From assembly GCA_951406725.2 (NCBI GenBank), contig OX597818.1, positions 122,078,001-122,142,000 of the forward strand: 64,000 nucleotides of DNA, written 5' to 3'. Below the pieces are notes generated by a model. It had not been told where the DNA came from. It saw nothing but the letters and a program-made list of their open reading frames with translations, and ran no database searches. Each line of letters opens with the position of its first letter. Within the stretch, counting starts at the first letter, position 1. This document shows, piece after piece, positions 40,803-56,014 of the stretch. The DNA is from Octopus vulgaris. Taxonomy: Eukaryota. A program made the translations under genes and the position numbers.

Positions 40803-40892
40803 CTATTGTGGCGCCCGATGTCATTTCAGGTGGTCGAACTCTCGGTATGTTGATGTGTTCGGAGTCGTTTTTCAACAAGTGCAAATCGTCGG
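40803..40892 (-). CDS. Internal phase 1-1 exon, most divergent copy B5: (A)DDLHLLKNDSEHINIPRVRPPEMTSGATI
   Basis: Acceptor TTTTGTTTTCTTTCTGCAG, donor AG|GTAGAG, 90 nt (in-frame 12-nt difference from the other copies), open frame. Confidence 0.72.
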
Positions 40893-42580
40893 CTGCAGAA
40901 AGAAAACAAAATTGGGCCGCGAGGGAATTAGAGTTGAATGACAATATGTGGATGAAACATTGGATGTACTAGATAGTGTGAAGTCTGAAAAGCTCAATGG
41001 AGCTGAAAACAGGTGACCTGAAAAGGAATGAGAAGGTAGACGGAGATAATGTAAGACTATCCATTATATCCAGAACCAATGAGAAGAGACCACTGTAGTA
41101 GTGTTCTAAAAAACAGAATGGAAAAAAACAGCACGTCTGTAGGAAAGAAGAAATTGCGATGCGTTGACAAGCGACTTTATCTCGATCGATTGTTTGGTCC
41201 TCTTTTGTGTACGCTCATAGATACATCATAGACTTTTTTGCGTGTGGTTTTGGATATTTACATTTGTTACAAATGTAAGATGTCTATGGCATATTCTACG
41301 ATATCATGGCGGCTGTACTTAGGCATTTTATTGCTCCCGTGTGATGATACAGGAATACGACGATGAAATATTGTCTCTTTTCCATGGTTGTCTATGCAGT
41401 TATGCTCTACATTACCATTTCTCTTCACGAATATTCTTTGACTATTTATTAGCTTTTTCATTAAAAAAATTTCTCCATCATATAAAATAAATATCTGTAA
41501 ATCTCGTTTTTCGTTTTTATATAATGAAGATTCAAATCAATGCAGAAAATATCACTTTAGTCTCCGCACTGAAAATAGATATGATATCAAAATCACGGGT
41601 GAAATAGTTTATTTTTATGGCGGCGTGATCGCTGCGCAAATAGCCTGTGCATATTTTCTGATAGAGATAAATATTTAGATCATTAACATTGAAGCTATTT
41701 TTGTTGAAGAGAGTCTGGAACAGAAATAGCCGCTAGACGTTTCACAACAGAGGTAAACCAGGTCAACGTAAGGTGCTATTGAGGTGTTTTGATTTGGAAA
41801 TTCACTAACACAAAAATTGTTATTATACAGTTCTTGACAAACAGAGAAACTCTCTCCAAGCAACACAACTTAAGTTGATTGATGACTACCATCAGCTTCA
41901 TTAAAGATATCTTTCAGTATTCGTGCTAATGTTATATATCTATCGATGATGATCATTATAATATTTTTTCTGTCGGTTATAGTCGTAACCATTCGATATT
42001 CGGGAGTTCAATTATGATTCATCTCAGTATATTATCGTAATCTGTCCAGTGTCAAAATGATGTTTATAAAGCAGCAGTGAAAGAGATAACCAATAATTGC
42101 ACAAAGTTAGTGTTGACAGACTTTAGAGTTATTTCTGTTAAGAACATTATAATCAGTTTTATTTGTGCATCAGTAAACACCATATCAGTAAACAGCACCT
42201 TTTGACGAGGCCTGCTGTAACTCTCTCTCCCTCGCTCTGTCTCTGTCACTCCCACTCTTTATCGAACTCCTTCTCTGTTCCTCTCTCTCCTATCTCGCTA
42301 TACCTCACACACACACACACACGTACACACACATAAACATACACTCGCCCATTTGCAGAACATCCAAGAAATGGTAGTTACATCTCTATCATATCATACT
42401 CTACCGGCTTAAAAACAAAAGGTAGGATGCATTAGACAATGTAGTTCACGAATTATGCAAGGAAAAGACTTGTTGTCCACGGATGGAGTACCTTTGACAA
42501 CAGCTATACTCAACTGAGACAAACCAGGGGATAAACAATAGCAGGAATTGAACACACACACGTACACACACACACACACA

Positions 42581-42662
<82 letters not shown>

Positions 42663-42764
42663 CAAAGGCGTGTGAACCAGTAGTTAGGCGTATTGCACTG
42701 ACGATGGTGAGATCGTTGTTTCGATTCCCAGACCGGTTGTGCTCCTTATAGTTTTGAGGAAAGG

Positions 42765-42935
42765 CACAAATGGAAAACAGGACAAACAACACAAAAACGA
42801 CCCTTCATCAGTTGTTGGCTGTTTTTCTACTCTCGTATTTCGTTAAAACAGTCGTTCCCGCAAAGCAAATTGAATAAAATTTGGTATTTTGCGGAAGGGT
42901 CGTTTTTTATGTTGTTTGTCTTGTTTTCCATTTGC
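42765..42935. mobile_element. Penelope-like relic with ~40-bp inverted segments
   Basis: caaatggaaaacaggacaaacaacacaaaaacgacccttc vs gaagggtcgttttttatgttgtttgtcttgttttccatttg; CTGATGA on the minus strand at ~42805-42811. Confidence 0.45.
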
Positions 42936-43075
42936 GTCTTTCGTTGTTCGAAAAAATAGTTCATATTCCATGTACTCGTACTTCGTTTTTTTGTTGTACA
43001 CGTTTAGTGACGTCCTGTACCCACATATGCATATATATATACGTATTGATGTATGTACATATATGTATGTATATA

Positions 43076-43127
<52 letters not shown>

Positions 43128-43598
43128 ATTATTTATATTATTATATGATTGAACACAACGCATCCTCTTCCAAATAAGTTTTATCTTAATAATTCTGGTG
43201 CGCTCTCTGCTTTCTTTTTAGTCTTTTGTTTTTCTCTCTTTCTCTCTCTTATTCTTTTACCTCCTCTTCTCCCATTATTCTATCGTATTACTCGTTCATT
43301 TTTTCTCTCTTCCATTCTCTCCTTCTCCCCCTCCTGTTTTTTTCTCACTTATCTGTCCAATTTTTTCCTCCCCCTTCACAGTTCTCTGTCGGTCACTCTC
43401 TGTCCACCACTCTTCCTGACTTGATCACGTGGCTCCCACGTGGCCATCGGCCATCTTTCTTCTTCTGACTTGTGTTTCTTTCTCTTCGTTGAAGCTGGAT
43501 CAAGGAAGACGTGTTCCTGTCTGTCTCCTGTCCGAACTTGATTTACGCGTGTGTCACCACAACCTCGCTTAGGCTTAGCAGCACTTCCTGTTTGTGTT

Positions 43599-43647
<49 letters not shown>

Positions 43648-43759
43648 AGAAATAAATGAGAGAATAAAAGAGGAGGAAAGTAAAAACGGATCAAAAGAAA
43701 TTGCGAATAGTTTATTATTTCTTTCATTTTATCGCTGATATTGTACTTAGCGCCAACTT

Positions 43760-43824
<65 letters not shown>

Positions 43825-44468
43825 TTGCAGCTACTGTTGCTGCTGTTGCTGTAATTCCCAGTAGTCACAAATATTAGTGAGTGGATTTAATCGACTGCGG
43901 GAGTCGACTCGCTGCAGTATTTTATTTTATCGGCTCTCAAACCCGATATGTTGAAAAGCAAAGTACGATCTTCGCTAGGTTTGATTACAGAACACAGAAG
44001 AACACAGAAGAGAGAAATAAATAGCTTTCTTCATAATGATGATACTCATGAAGAGTTGCCAATAACAGTTCTTATTGAAGGCGTTACGATGAAAGGCAAA
44101 TATTGACGTTTACTTCCTATCCAGCGGGATTTCAGCCTAATATGTATGCATATGAACTGTATTACTGTAAACCTTTTAAACCTGTTGCGTAACAGTTTCT
44201 CGTAATTGACAATTTTTCATCATCATGTGGGTGTTACGTCCTTTGGCATTCTGAGTTCAAATGTTGATTTTGCCTTTATCTAACCAGGATCAAATTATGA
44301 TGTCACTTTAATCAATTTAATTGTGCAATTGTGCTTGAGAATGTGAAATGCGACAACACGGTTTTAGTTTCTCTTTTCTCCTCCTGTTAGGTTTTCTCTC
44401 TCTCTCTCTCTCTCTCTCAAGCTATTTTCTGTCTATTTCCACTATTTCTCTCACAGATAGATAGATAT

Positions 44469-44675
44469 TGGTTTCAAAATTTGGTACAAGGCTAGCGGAT
44501 TACGGCGTGCGGGTAGTCGATTACATCGACCCCAGTGCTCAACTGGTACTTATTTTATCGACCTCGACAAGAAAGGCAAAATCAATCTCGGTAGAATATG
44601 AACTCAGTACGTAAAGACGGACGATATACCACTAAGCATTTTGCCCGGCGCGTTAACGATTCTACCATCCCTCTG

Positions 44676-44680
<5 letters not shown>
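44469..44680 (-). mobile_element. Diverged family-3 SINE
   Basis: gtcgattacatcgaccccagtgc...gcccggcg blocks in reverse orientation. Confidence 0.75.
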
Positions 44681-44719
<39 letters not shown>

Positions 44720-45191
44720 CACATTAAAATTAAATAGAGAACATTGTTTTTGTAAAAGATTTTATTTCTAGGAACAAAAAAATGATGCCATCTCTTGCAT
44801 TCGGATACTTAATATGATATTTAATATAGTATTTAGTAGGCAAGCCTTATGTAGTTTTCTTAACGATTGAACTAACTTAGGCACCCTACCAAATGTACAC
44901 ACAGACACACGCGCGCACACACACACACTCACACACAAACACACAAACACATACATCACTCTATCTGTCTGTCTATCTATCTATCTATCTGTCTATCTAT
45001 CTACCTATCTATCTATCGTTGTTTTCTTTTCGTTTTCCTTTTTTTCTTTTTTCTTTTTTTACGATCTCTTTTGATCGAAAACCTACCCCTTATTGTTTCC
45101 TCCCCCCAAAGAAAAGCTCTACTTTATGACTTGTCCCCTCTATGTTCAGCCCTGTGTGACTAATAAAGAAACATATTTATCAATCTATCTG

Positions 45192-45289
<98 letters not shown>

Positions 45290-45334
45290 CATCTCTCAAT
45301 CTATATGTATATACATCCCACATCCCACATCCCA

Positions 45335-45750
45335 GGCGCAGGAGTGGCTGTGTGGTAAGTAGCTTGCTTACCAACCACATGGTTCCGGGTTCAGTCCCAC
45401 TGCGTGGCATCTTGGGCAAGTGTCTTCTGCTATAGTCCCGGGCCGACCAATGCCTTGTGAGTGGATTTGGTAGACGGAAACTGAAAGAAGCCTGTCGTAT
45501 ATATGTATATATATATAAGTGTGTGTGTATATGTTTGTGTGTCTGTGTTTGTTTCCCTAGCATTGCTTGACAACCGATGCTGGTGTATTTACGTCCCCGT
45601 CACCTAGTGGTTCGGCAAAAGAGACCGATAGAATAAGTACTGGGCTTACAAAGAATAAGTCCTGGGGTCGATTTGCTCAACTGAAGGCGGTGCTCCAGCA
45701 TGGCCGCAGTCAAATGACTGAAACAAGTAAAAGAGTAAAAGAGTAAAAGA
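45335..45750 (+). mobile_element. Full-length family-2 SINE
   Basis: Highly similar to the 13631 and 58766 copies. Confidence 0.92.
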
Positions 45751-46109
45751 GAGAGAGAGTATACATATACCCACTTTATTCAGGGTACAAACGGGAACTA
45801 GCATTATCGTTCGATCACAAATATGAATGATATAGTAAAGAGCTTGCTTACTTACATATCGTAATAAATTAAGATATTTCAATAAATGCTAATCACAGTT
45901 GCAAGGAGAATAAACAATTAGCAGCTTAATGACTAATTCTGTTTTGGCAAGGCATTCGGTATAAAACCTACATTTACATTAATCTATACCAATTAAAATA
46001 ACCCCCAAACACTAAAGTCTGAATGTTGGTCCTGTCTTTAGCATTAGTGTTTTTTTCTGCACTCATAATACATGTTTGTTAACATGACTTGCTGTATACA
46101 AGATACTTG

Positions 46110-46542
46110 GGATCTTTTCGGTTTGAACGGCAGTCTTTTCTAGCGGTGTCATATGAAATTATCACCCATAATTATGACCCTAGTATCGATCTATTGCATT
46201 TCAATCTGTTTTAGGTTTAGGGTCAGTTAGGGTTAGGGTTAGGGGTTAGAGGAAGGGTATATTTTTTCTTCAGAAATGTAAATAAACCTAATCTGCTTCT
46301 TAAACGAGGGACGTATTCATACGGCACAGAATCTTTTCACCTCAATAGACGTCATTGATTGGTTGAAATTGCGGAAATTGCAGAAAAGAAAACAACAAAT
46401 ATATTACAAACTATAGAATTTTCTCAATAAAGCCAAGAGAAAAAGATGTTTTATAAACACATTCCACCAGTATACGAAGTTTAAAAGTGTTTAGTTACGT
46501 GGAAATTATTTTTAAAAACTGCCATTCAAACCTAAAAGATCC
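46110..46542. mobile_element. 433-bp MITE, Merlin-like, with internal TTAGGG-type repeats
   Basis: TIR GGATCTTTTCGGTTTGAACGGCAGT / ACTGCCATTCAAACCTAAAAGATCC; 8-bp TSD GATACTTG at 46102-46109 and 46543-46550. Confidence 0.88.
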
Positions 46543-47117
46543 GATACTTGTTGCGTACGAGATGCATGGCAGGTTTCTCAAGCGCAGTTGATCTAACGGC
46601 AGAGTCGAAGGAAGGCGAGGAAGCGTTAGAAGAAGAAATGTTGCTGATCTTGTTTCATAGTTCGGTAGCGATGTCTGTTGGCTCGACGTTGAGAGTAGCC
46701 CATCTCCAAAACACTGGCTGTACCAAGTTACGCAAAATTTAAATGACGCACAACATTTTAATCGTAGTTTGCTTCAAAAACGATAACAACTGTGACGATG
46801 ACGTCGAAAAATCAAGAACAACAAAAACTACAAAACTATGACATCGACAACGACGATAGCAATCTTGTTTTGCTTTTGGCATTCGTGTTTTAAGTAAAGT
46901 TACAGGAGAGTCTAGAGACGGAGCATTAAAAGTAATAATTTGCAAGTTTTATGACACTTAGGAAAAACAAAAGTAGCCAGATTTTGGCAAAGTGAATTTT
47001 GTTAATAATAATAATTAAATCCTTTTCAAAGTAAGTTTCTTGAAGGCGGAAATTTATTGATAGCTTACTATTAGGCTTTGATGTATGTATATGGGCACAA
47101 TCATATACATATACATA

Positions 47118-47168
<51 letters not shown>

Positions 47169-47444
47169 GTTTATATGTGTGTATGCATATATGAATATAT
47201 ACACATACATATGTAAAGATGTATACGTGTATATAAATATATTGTACGTATATATATTCATTTTTATACTTATATATATATGTGTGTGCGTGTGTATATT
47301 ATTATATGAATCAGTATATATACATAAAGATATATAAATACATTTATGTATATACATTTATAGACACAATACATATATATATGTTTACAAATATATATAT
47401 ATATCTATTTTTATATGTATATTTACCATATATATATATATATT

Positions 47445-47526
<82 letters not shown>

Positions 47527-48115
47527 ACATAAATACATACGTATATACGTACATATATACATAACGATATATCACAAATACGAAGATATGAATAAATGTA
47601 TCATTCAAACAAGACACTATCATTAATAATTTTTTCTCTTTGCTCACATCTTGACAGTGTAAAAATCGTATAGTGTCATTTTCGTTGATTGGAATTGTAG
47701 GGTGTTGCTTCAACGATACTTTGAACATTAAGCCGTTTATGTTTGTGTTCCGTACCTAATTTTACAGTTATGTATCTCTTTCTGTCAACAATTTCAAAAG
47801 ATATATATATATTTCATTGCTTTCAGAGTTTAGAATACGCTCTCATAAAATTATATAGATAAATAAGGATTTATCATCTGTTTAAGGTAGTGTGTAATAA
47901 GAGAAAGAAAGGAATATAGCGAACTGAAATACTTTGATCGAAGTAATTAGGAGACAAAAACATAAAAAATGGAAACTTCCTAAGGGAAGTTGTGGGGAAG
48001 TAATTTTAGTTTTGTAATTATTTTTACTTAAATATTTGCCGTTTACACACACACACACAGACTCGTACACACACATAAACACACACACACACACGCACAC
48101 TGACGTGTATATATG

Positions 48116-48162
<47 letters not shown>

Positions 48163-48325
48163 TATATATGTATACATAAATACGTATATATATATATATA
48201 TGTATACCAATGACAATTTCTGTCTGTCTGTCTTACTGTTAGCATCTTAGTGCCTAAACCAGCGAACCAATATTCACAAAACTTTGCATACATGTTACAC
48301 TAACATTCAGTTCAATAATAAGCTA

Positions 48326-48594
48326 CTGAATAAATAAATATATAAATGCGCCCTTTTTAAAGCTTAGCCAGGCTCATGGGCCCGGTTTCCCGGTTTCTAT
48401 GGCGTATGTGTTCCCCAGCTGGACGGGACGCCAGTCCATCGCAGCGTTACTCATTTTTGTCAGCTGAGTGGACTGAAGCAACGTGAAATGAAGTTTTTTG
48501 CTCAAGAGCACAACGCGTCGCCCGGTCCAGGAATCGGAACTACAATCTTACGATCATGATGCTGACACCCTAACCACTAAACCACGCGCCTCCA
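48326..48594 (-). mobile_element. tRNA-derived SINE (GGAGGCGCGTGG head, distinct 3' half)
   Basis: A/B-box-like head on the minus strand; TSD AATAAGCTA on both sides; lies within an old Helitron-like relic whose probable 3' end (GCCGGG...CTAG) is at ~49681-49698. Confidence 0.8.
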
Positions 48595-50809
48595 CAATAA
48601 GCTAATTGGATTTCAATTAAAATCTATAATGTACCCCCAGAGGTGTTGGCCCAATTACATGATAAAATGAAAAGTTTGCAAAAAGTATTAATCCGAGGGC
48701 AAGATAATAACAGAGAGAAGGTGACTTATATCAGTGAGGGTATATCAGTGAGCAATATGATGGTAACGTTAATACAGCTGTCATATACACGCGACGTTGT
48801 ATACATACTACCGTAAATATATAGTTGCAACACACACACATAGACACACACACACACACACACAGAAAGCGGGATGAGGTATACGTAATTTTAATGAGAG
48901 GGGGTAGGTGGCTCTTCTGCTGTCTATCGTAAAGAAAAACTCACATACACACACAGACACACACGCATATATACATATATATACATACATATATATGTCT
49001 ATTACACACCATTTTAAACTCGTGATTACCTGTGTGTACGTTTGTAAATGTGTGTGTATGTGTGTGTGTGCGTGTGTGTCTATGTGTGTGTGCATGCGTG
49101 TGTATGAGTGTGCATGTGAGTCATGTCCTATAACTCTCTGTCTCTACTTTTTTAGAGTCTTCCCTGTTGCTGTCACATATTGTGGGATTTTAAAATTACG
49201 TCAAAATTTCCAAATTTGGTATATCGAAATTATTTTCTTCGTTAAATCTGATCTTGCTATTTATTTGTTCCAGAAAAGTTGCAGAAAGATGTTACTGAGG
49301 TTTAAAGTTTAATCAATTTTACCTAAACAGAAAACAGGATTTGGAAGCTGGCATTTTCTGCATGATAGCTGACATTTTCTGCATGATAATTGTCTATCAC
49401 GAAATCATTAGAAGGGCGAATTTTTATTAAACAAACGAAAGCAAAGCATTATGACGACTAAAATAGTAAGAACCTCTGAAGTTTTAATGAATAAAATAAC
49501 GTAAAACAGTCGAACAGACATGTAAATAATTTGAAAGGGAAAATATTCCTCAACGACGTCTTTTGGCGAAAAATTGCACAAATCTGTCCTGATGAAGCGG
49601 CCTCTCTGTCGGGGAAGGTATGCTCTGACATGAAATACTTGTAAATAAAAATTTATATAAGACATTCTATAATAAAAATTGCCGGGCTATTCAGCTAGTA
49701 TACATGCATATACAAAGATACAAACACGCATACATACATAAATAATGCTTAAATTAGATATAGAAGGCATTACTCGAAATCACGCCGAAAGAAATTTGCC
49801 TTCCAACCATATCGTTCTGGATCCACTCCATTACGTAGAACCTTGTGCAAGTCTCTCCACTCACGGCGTTGATTTGTCTGAACTGTTTGAGGGCCGGGTA
49901 TGGTTTTTAGCAGTAATTCAACAGCTTCATTTATATATGTGTAAATGCATGTATAAATAGTTCTTTTTCTCTTTAGCTATTTGTATACACGTGAGGAATA
50001 TTATAAACAACTTTCTAACCTGTTTAGTTGTATTTTTCTCTTTCAGATAAAAGCAAACACAAGCATACAACCATTACACAAACACATTGTCAGCATTTGC
50101 TGAAATCGCATAAGTTGGGAAAAAGGGGAAATGTGTTGCGATTCTTACTTAATTCCGGGCAGATCCGCACGAAGCAGGACCATGAAAATGTATTGATGCT
50201 GTAATTATTTCGCTGTTATATTTTTCAAAAAAGTTTCCCTAACGATGTGTATCTACGACTCCTGAAGCCAATGTATCTTTTCGAAAGACTGTAAGGCATA
50301 TTTTAGCGTGAAATATAGCTACTAACATTAGCAGGCCCAGGTATGTTCTTTTTAAAAGGCAGTACTGCTTTTGAGAGGAATCTGACTCCTATCTTTAGTA
50401 GGCCCAGTGACCATGAATAAGGTTCTTTGTGTTATTATATCGTTTAGTTGTTGTCATATTATAATAGAATGCAGTTGAGATAAGATAGCGGTGTAGGATT
50501 GACATCAAGAGATAATTACAGATAACACAATGCAGCGTAAAGATTAATAAATTCATTACACATTTAACTGAAAAGGAATTCTATTTGAAAGAATTCCATT
50601 GAAGTTCGTATTGTTATTCCTGAACCAATGACTGATCTTCAATGTTTCTAAGGTATTTATGTCTAAATGAAGAAATACAAAACTTCATATAATTGAAAAT
50701 ATAATTCTTAAAATTCGATCTCATTCGATTTCTTCGTCATGGGCTTTTGTCCTTCAAGTTCCTGAAGCTGTTACATGTTGTATGGAATTGAAAGATCTGA
50801 AGGATGTAG

Positions 50810-52421
<1,612 letters not shown>

Positions 52422-52667
52422 TTAGGCAGACGGCTGATTCATTTAAGAATCGTTATCGTAGCCATGTCACCAGGTTTATGACAATAAATAAAAGACACTC
52501 AACATCTTTGACCGATTTTGTATGGCGACTGAAGAAGAATAAAATTAAGAACAGCATAATTTGGTCCAGAGTAAAGCACGCGAAAACATACAATATAATT
52601 ATAATATATGTAAGTGACAGAAAATTTTGGTCATTGCTTCACCAGCCAGAAAAATCACCGCGCGCCG

Positions 52668-52718
<51 letters not shown>

Positions 52719-52719
52719 T

Positions 52720-53080
52720 GGCACTCCATCGGTTACGACGACGAGGGTTCCAGTTGATTAGATCAACGGAACAGCCTGCTCGTGAAATTAACGTGTAAGT
52801 GGCTGAGCACTCCACAGACACGTGTACCCATAACGTAGCTCTCGAGGAGATTCAGCGTGACAAGTCTGGCCCTTTCAAATACAGGTAGAACAGAAACAGG
52901 AAGAGAGAGTGAAAGAAAGATCTGGTGAAAGAGGCAGGGTTAGCCACCACCCCTTGCCGGAGCCTTGTGAAGCTTTAGGCGTTTTCAGTCAATAAACACT
53001 CACAAAGCCCTTCTGGGAATCGAAACCGCGATCCTATGACCTCTAGTCCGCTGCCCTAACCACTGGGCTATTGCGCCTCC
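52720..53080 (-). mobile_element. Family-1 SINE (moderately diverged)
   Basis: Reverse complement of 1568-1946. Confidence 0.88.
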
Positions 53081-53087
53081 ACACACA

Positions 53088-53134
<47 letters not shown>

Positions 53135-53789
53135 TTATATATATATATGAACTTATTTATATATGCCATGACGGTTGGAAACACCTGCGTTTCAATTTCT
53201 TCAATTTTCTTTCACGGTTCTATTTTAACCTATCTTTCGGAACATATGTGAATACGCGAAATACGCGAAACGCTAAAGGCATTACCTTCTTTTATTCTTC
53301 TATTTCCTGGAAACTAATGCTAACTCCGTGTTTATTTGTTCTTACCTCTTCTGTGTGCTGTACTTTTCGCTACAATTGTGCACGCTTTCTCCTCTTCTCT
53401 ACATGCCTCTCATTCTCTGCCTGTCTGTAAGTCTGTCTGTCTATCTGTCTCTCCCTCTCTGTATAAACATATAACACATGCACACAGAAACACTAATACA
53501 CACAGAAACCCGCATGCACATACACACAAACATACACACGCGCGCACAAAGCTATAGCTTGTCTTCTTTTATCAACTATAAAAAATTTATGAATAACGTT
53601 TCCTTTCGAAGCGTTCACAAATTTCGCGGTTACAACCTTGCGGCAGAACTTTTGAAACATTGTTTTACATTCATCTGATTCCTTAGAAAACACTGCACAG
53701 CCTTTGTTCTATTATTTAATTATCGGTACTCAGTGATGGAACAGTAGTTGTGTAGAGAAACTGAGACGGGAGTGTATGTTTACCTCTTA

Positions 53790-54165
53790 CATCTTTCAGT
53801 TATTGGACTGCAGCCATACAGAGGCATCACATTGAAGGGGTTTAGGCGAGGAGATCAACCCCGGCACTTATTTTTTAAAGCCTGTTACTTACTTTATCGA
53901 CTCCTTTTGCTGAACGGCTAAGTTAGGGAGGCATAAACAAATCGACTTTGATTTCAAGCGGTGTGGAGTGACAAACATAAAGAAATAACGATACACAGAT
54001 ATATACGATGGGCTTCAACGTAATTCCCGCTTAACAAATTGATTTACAAGGCATTGGTCGAGCTGGGGATACAGTAGAAACAGTTGTCCAAAGTGCCACG
54101 CAGGAAGAGCGAACCCCAAAAGCATGTGGTTGCAAAGCAGAATTCTTAGCCCCACCATCTTGCCT
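53790..54165 (-). mobile_element. Old family-2-like SINE
   Basis: Diverged reverse match (gtgccacgcag, catgtggttg, gactgcagccat). Confidence 0.6.
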
Positions 54166-54680
54166 ACAACATGTCTAGAAGGATTGTTCTTAGTTTCATG
54201 ATAATATCTTGTTCATTGCTGTCGAGGCCAAGGGACAAACACACAGAAACACAAAAGAAGATGAAGAAAGGAAGCAACAACGCAAAATATGAAACCGAAA
54301 ACCTAGAAAATTATTATGAAATCCCCCCCAAAAAAATCAGACAAGACACGCAAACATTCACAAAATATACAATACTAAGATGGAAGTTACAAGCAAATAG
54401 AGCAACAACTAGCAGCAAGAGTGGCAACAGAAGAAATATATAATTCACAAACATACACACACACATGAGTGTATAGATATGCATGTATGCATTCATATAT
54501 ATGTATGTCGATGCGTCAGTTCCTTTCGTTCTTAATTTCTATTTCCCCCTCCTTTTTCTCTGCCTATCTATCTTCATCTATACACACATAATTTCATACT
54601 CACGCATATACATACATACATACATACATACATACATACATACATACATACATAAATACAAACATACATACATACATACA

Positions 54681-54753
<73 letters not shown>

Positions 54754-54787
54754 GTATATGATTTCATCATGTATGCAAGTTGAAAAT

Positions 54788-54829
<42 letters not shown>

Positions 54830-55389
54830 TACACGATAAAAACATTCTAATAGATTACAATATGCTAAATAATATAATTGAAATTTAAAGAAAAAGATAT
54901 TGAAAATTTGCGTTCATCAATAATTTATCTTAACAATTTTGTTTTTATATAAATTTTGCTGCTTAAACTCTCCGGTGCGAAATTTCATTTTTAAATTTCT
55001 TCTTTTAGCCGGCAGAAAAATCCGCCCGTTTTCGCTATCATTCTTTCAAATCTGAAGAAATTGAACTGTTATATAGCCTGCAGTCATTCAAAGATGGAAA
55101 AACTGCAAGTAAAATTGGATACAGTAGTATGCAGATAGATATTTGACTGTATGCATGTTTAGCCGCATGTATGTATGTATGAATGTATGCATGCATGTAT
55201 GTATGTGAGGAGAGGAGTTTAATTTTTTGGAGGTTCTGAGACTCGTACGAACGCACTGGCACACGCACGTGTGTAATTATATGAATGGAAATATATATAT
55301 ATATATATATATATCGTATGTTCATGTTGATCAGTACATGCACATATGCCCATACATCTCATACATACAAACATACTTACAAATATATA

Positions 55390-55426
<37 letters not shown>

Positions 55427-55525
55427 CTATATCTATACAGGTATGTATATATGTATATATATGTATATATGTTTATACATATCTATATCTATATAGCTAT
55501 GTATTTATGTATGTATGTATATACA

Positions 55526-55564
<39 letters not shown>

Positions 55565-55599
55565 CTATATCTATATAGGTATGTATGTATATATATATG

Positions 55600-55662
<63 letters not shown>

Positions 55663-55786
55663 TGATTGTTTCTTATCGCGAACAAAATGTTTAATGGGAC
55701 TGCTATAGAAGTGGTCAATTAAATGAGACAAATATATCAAACTATAGTTGCAGAACAAATACAAGGTCATCCACGTAACATTTCAA

Positions 55787-55966
55787 AAGCTCCACGAGGC
55801 TCCGGCAGGGGGTGGTGATCCCTGCTGTACTCTTTCTCTCTTTCTTCTGTTGGCCTGCTCGCTTAGCCAGCGGGGTGGCGTCATTCGAAGGCTAAAACAC
55901 TGCGAACGCATTGTGACCAGCGATGTGTAGCAACATCTGATGGTCTGGTCGGTCACGTGATCACGT

Positions 55967-55969
<3 letters not shown>
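55787..55969 (+). mobile_element. 5'-truncated family-1 variant SINE ending in (TA)n
   Basis: Reverse complement of 34368-34565. Confidence 0.88.

Positions 55970-56014
<45 letters not shown>

Larger units (their letters stand above)
24900..41700. repeat. Tandem segmental array of five diverged multi-kb units (approx. U1 24.9-28.1, U2 28.2-31.5, U3 31.5-37.0, U4 37.0-38.3, U5 38.4-41.7 kb)
   Basis: Same ordered unique blocks recur: ggaaaagtgatt.gga (25065, 31740, 38590); caggatacattcc.taagagatttga (26820, 33030, 37235, 40750; partial at 28365); gcgactttat (27248, 28944, 37678, 41171; variant at 33448). Confidence 0.92.

Noticed and set aside
28973-41461. Similar minus-strand ORFs (..RRIPVS..SNK..KYS.H..) at 28973-29164 and 41267-41461
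   Set aside because: Similarity is explained by the segmental duplication; no polypyrimidine acceptor, and the frame is not called open in the other units
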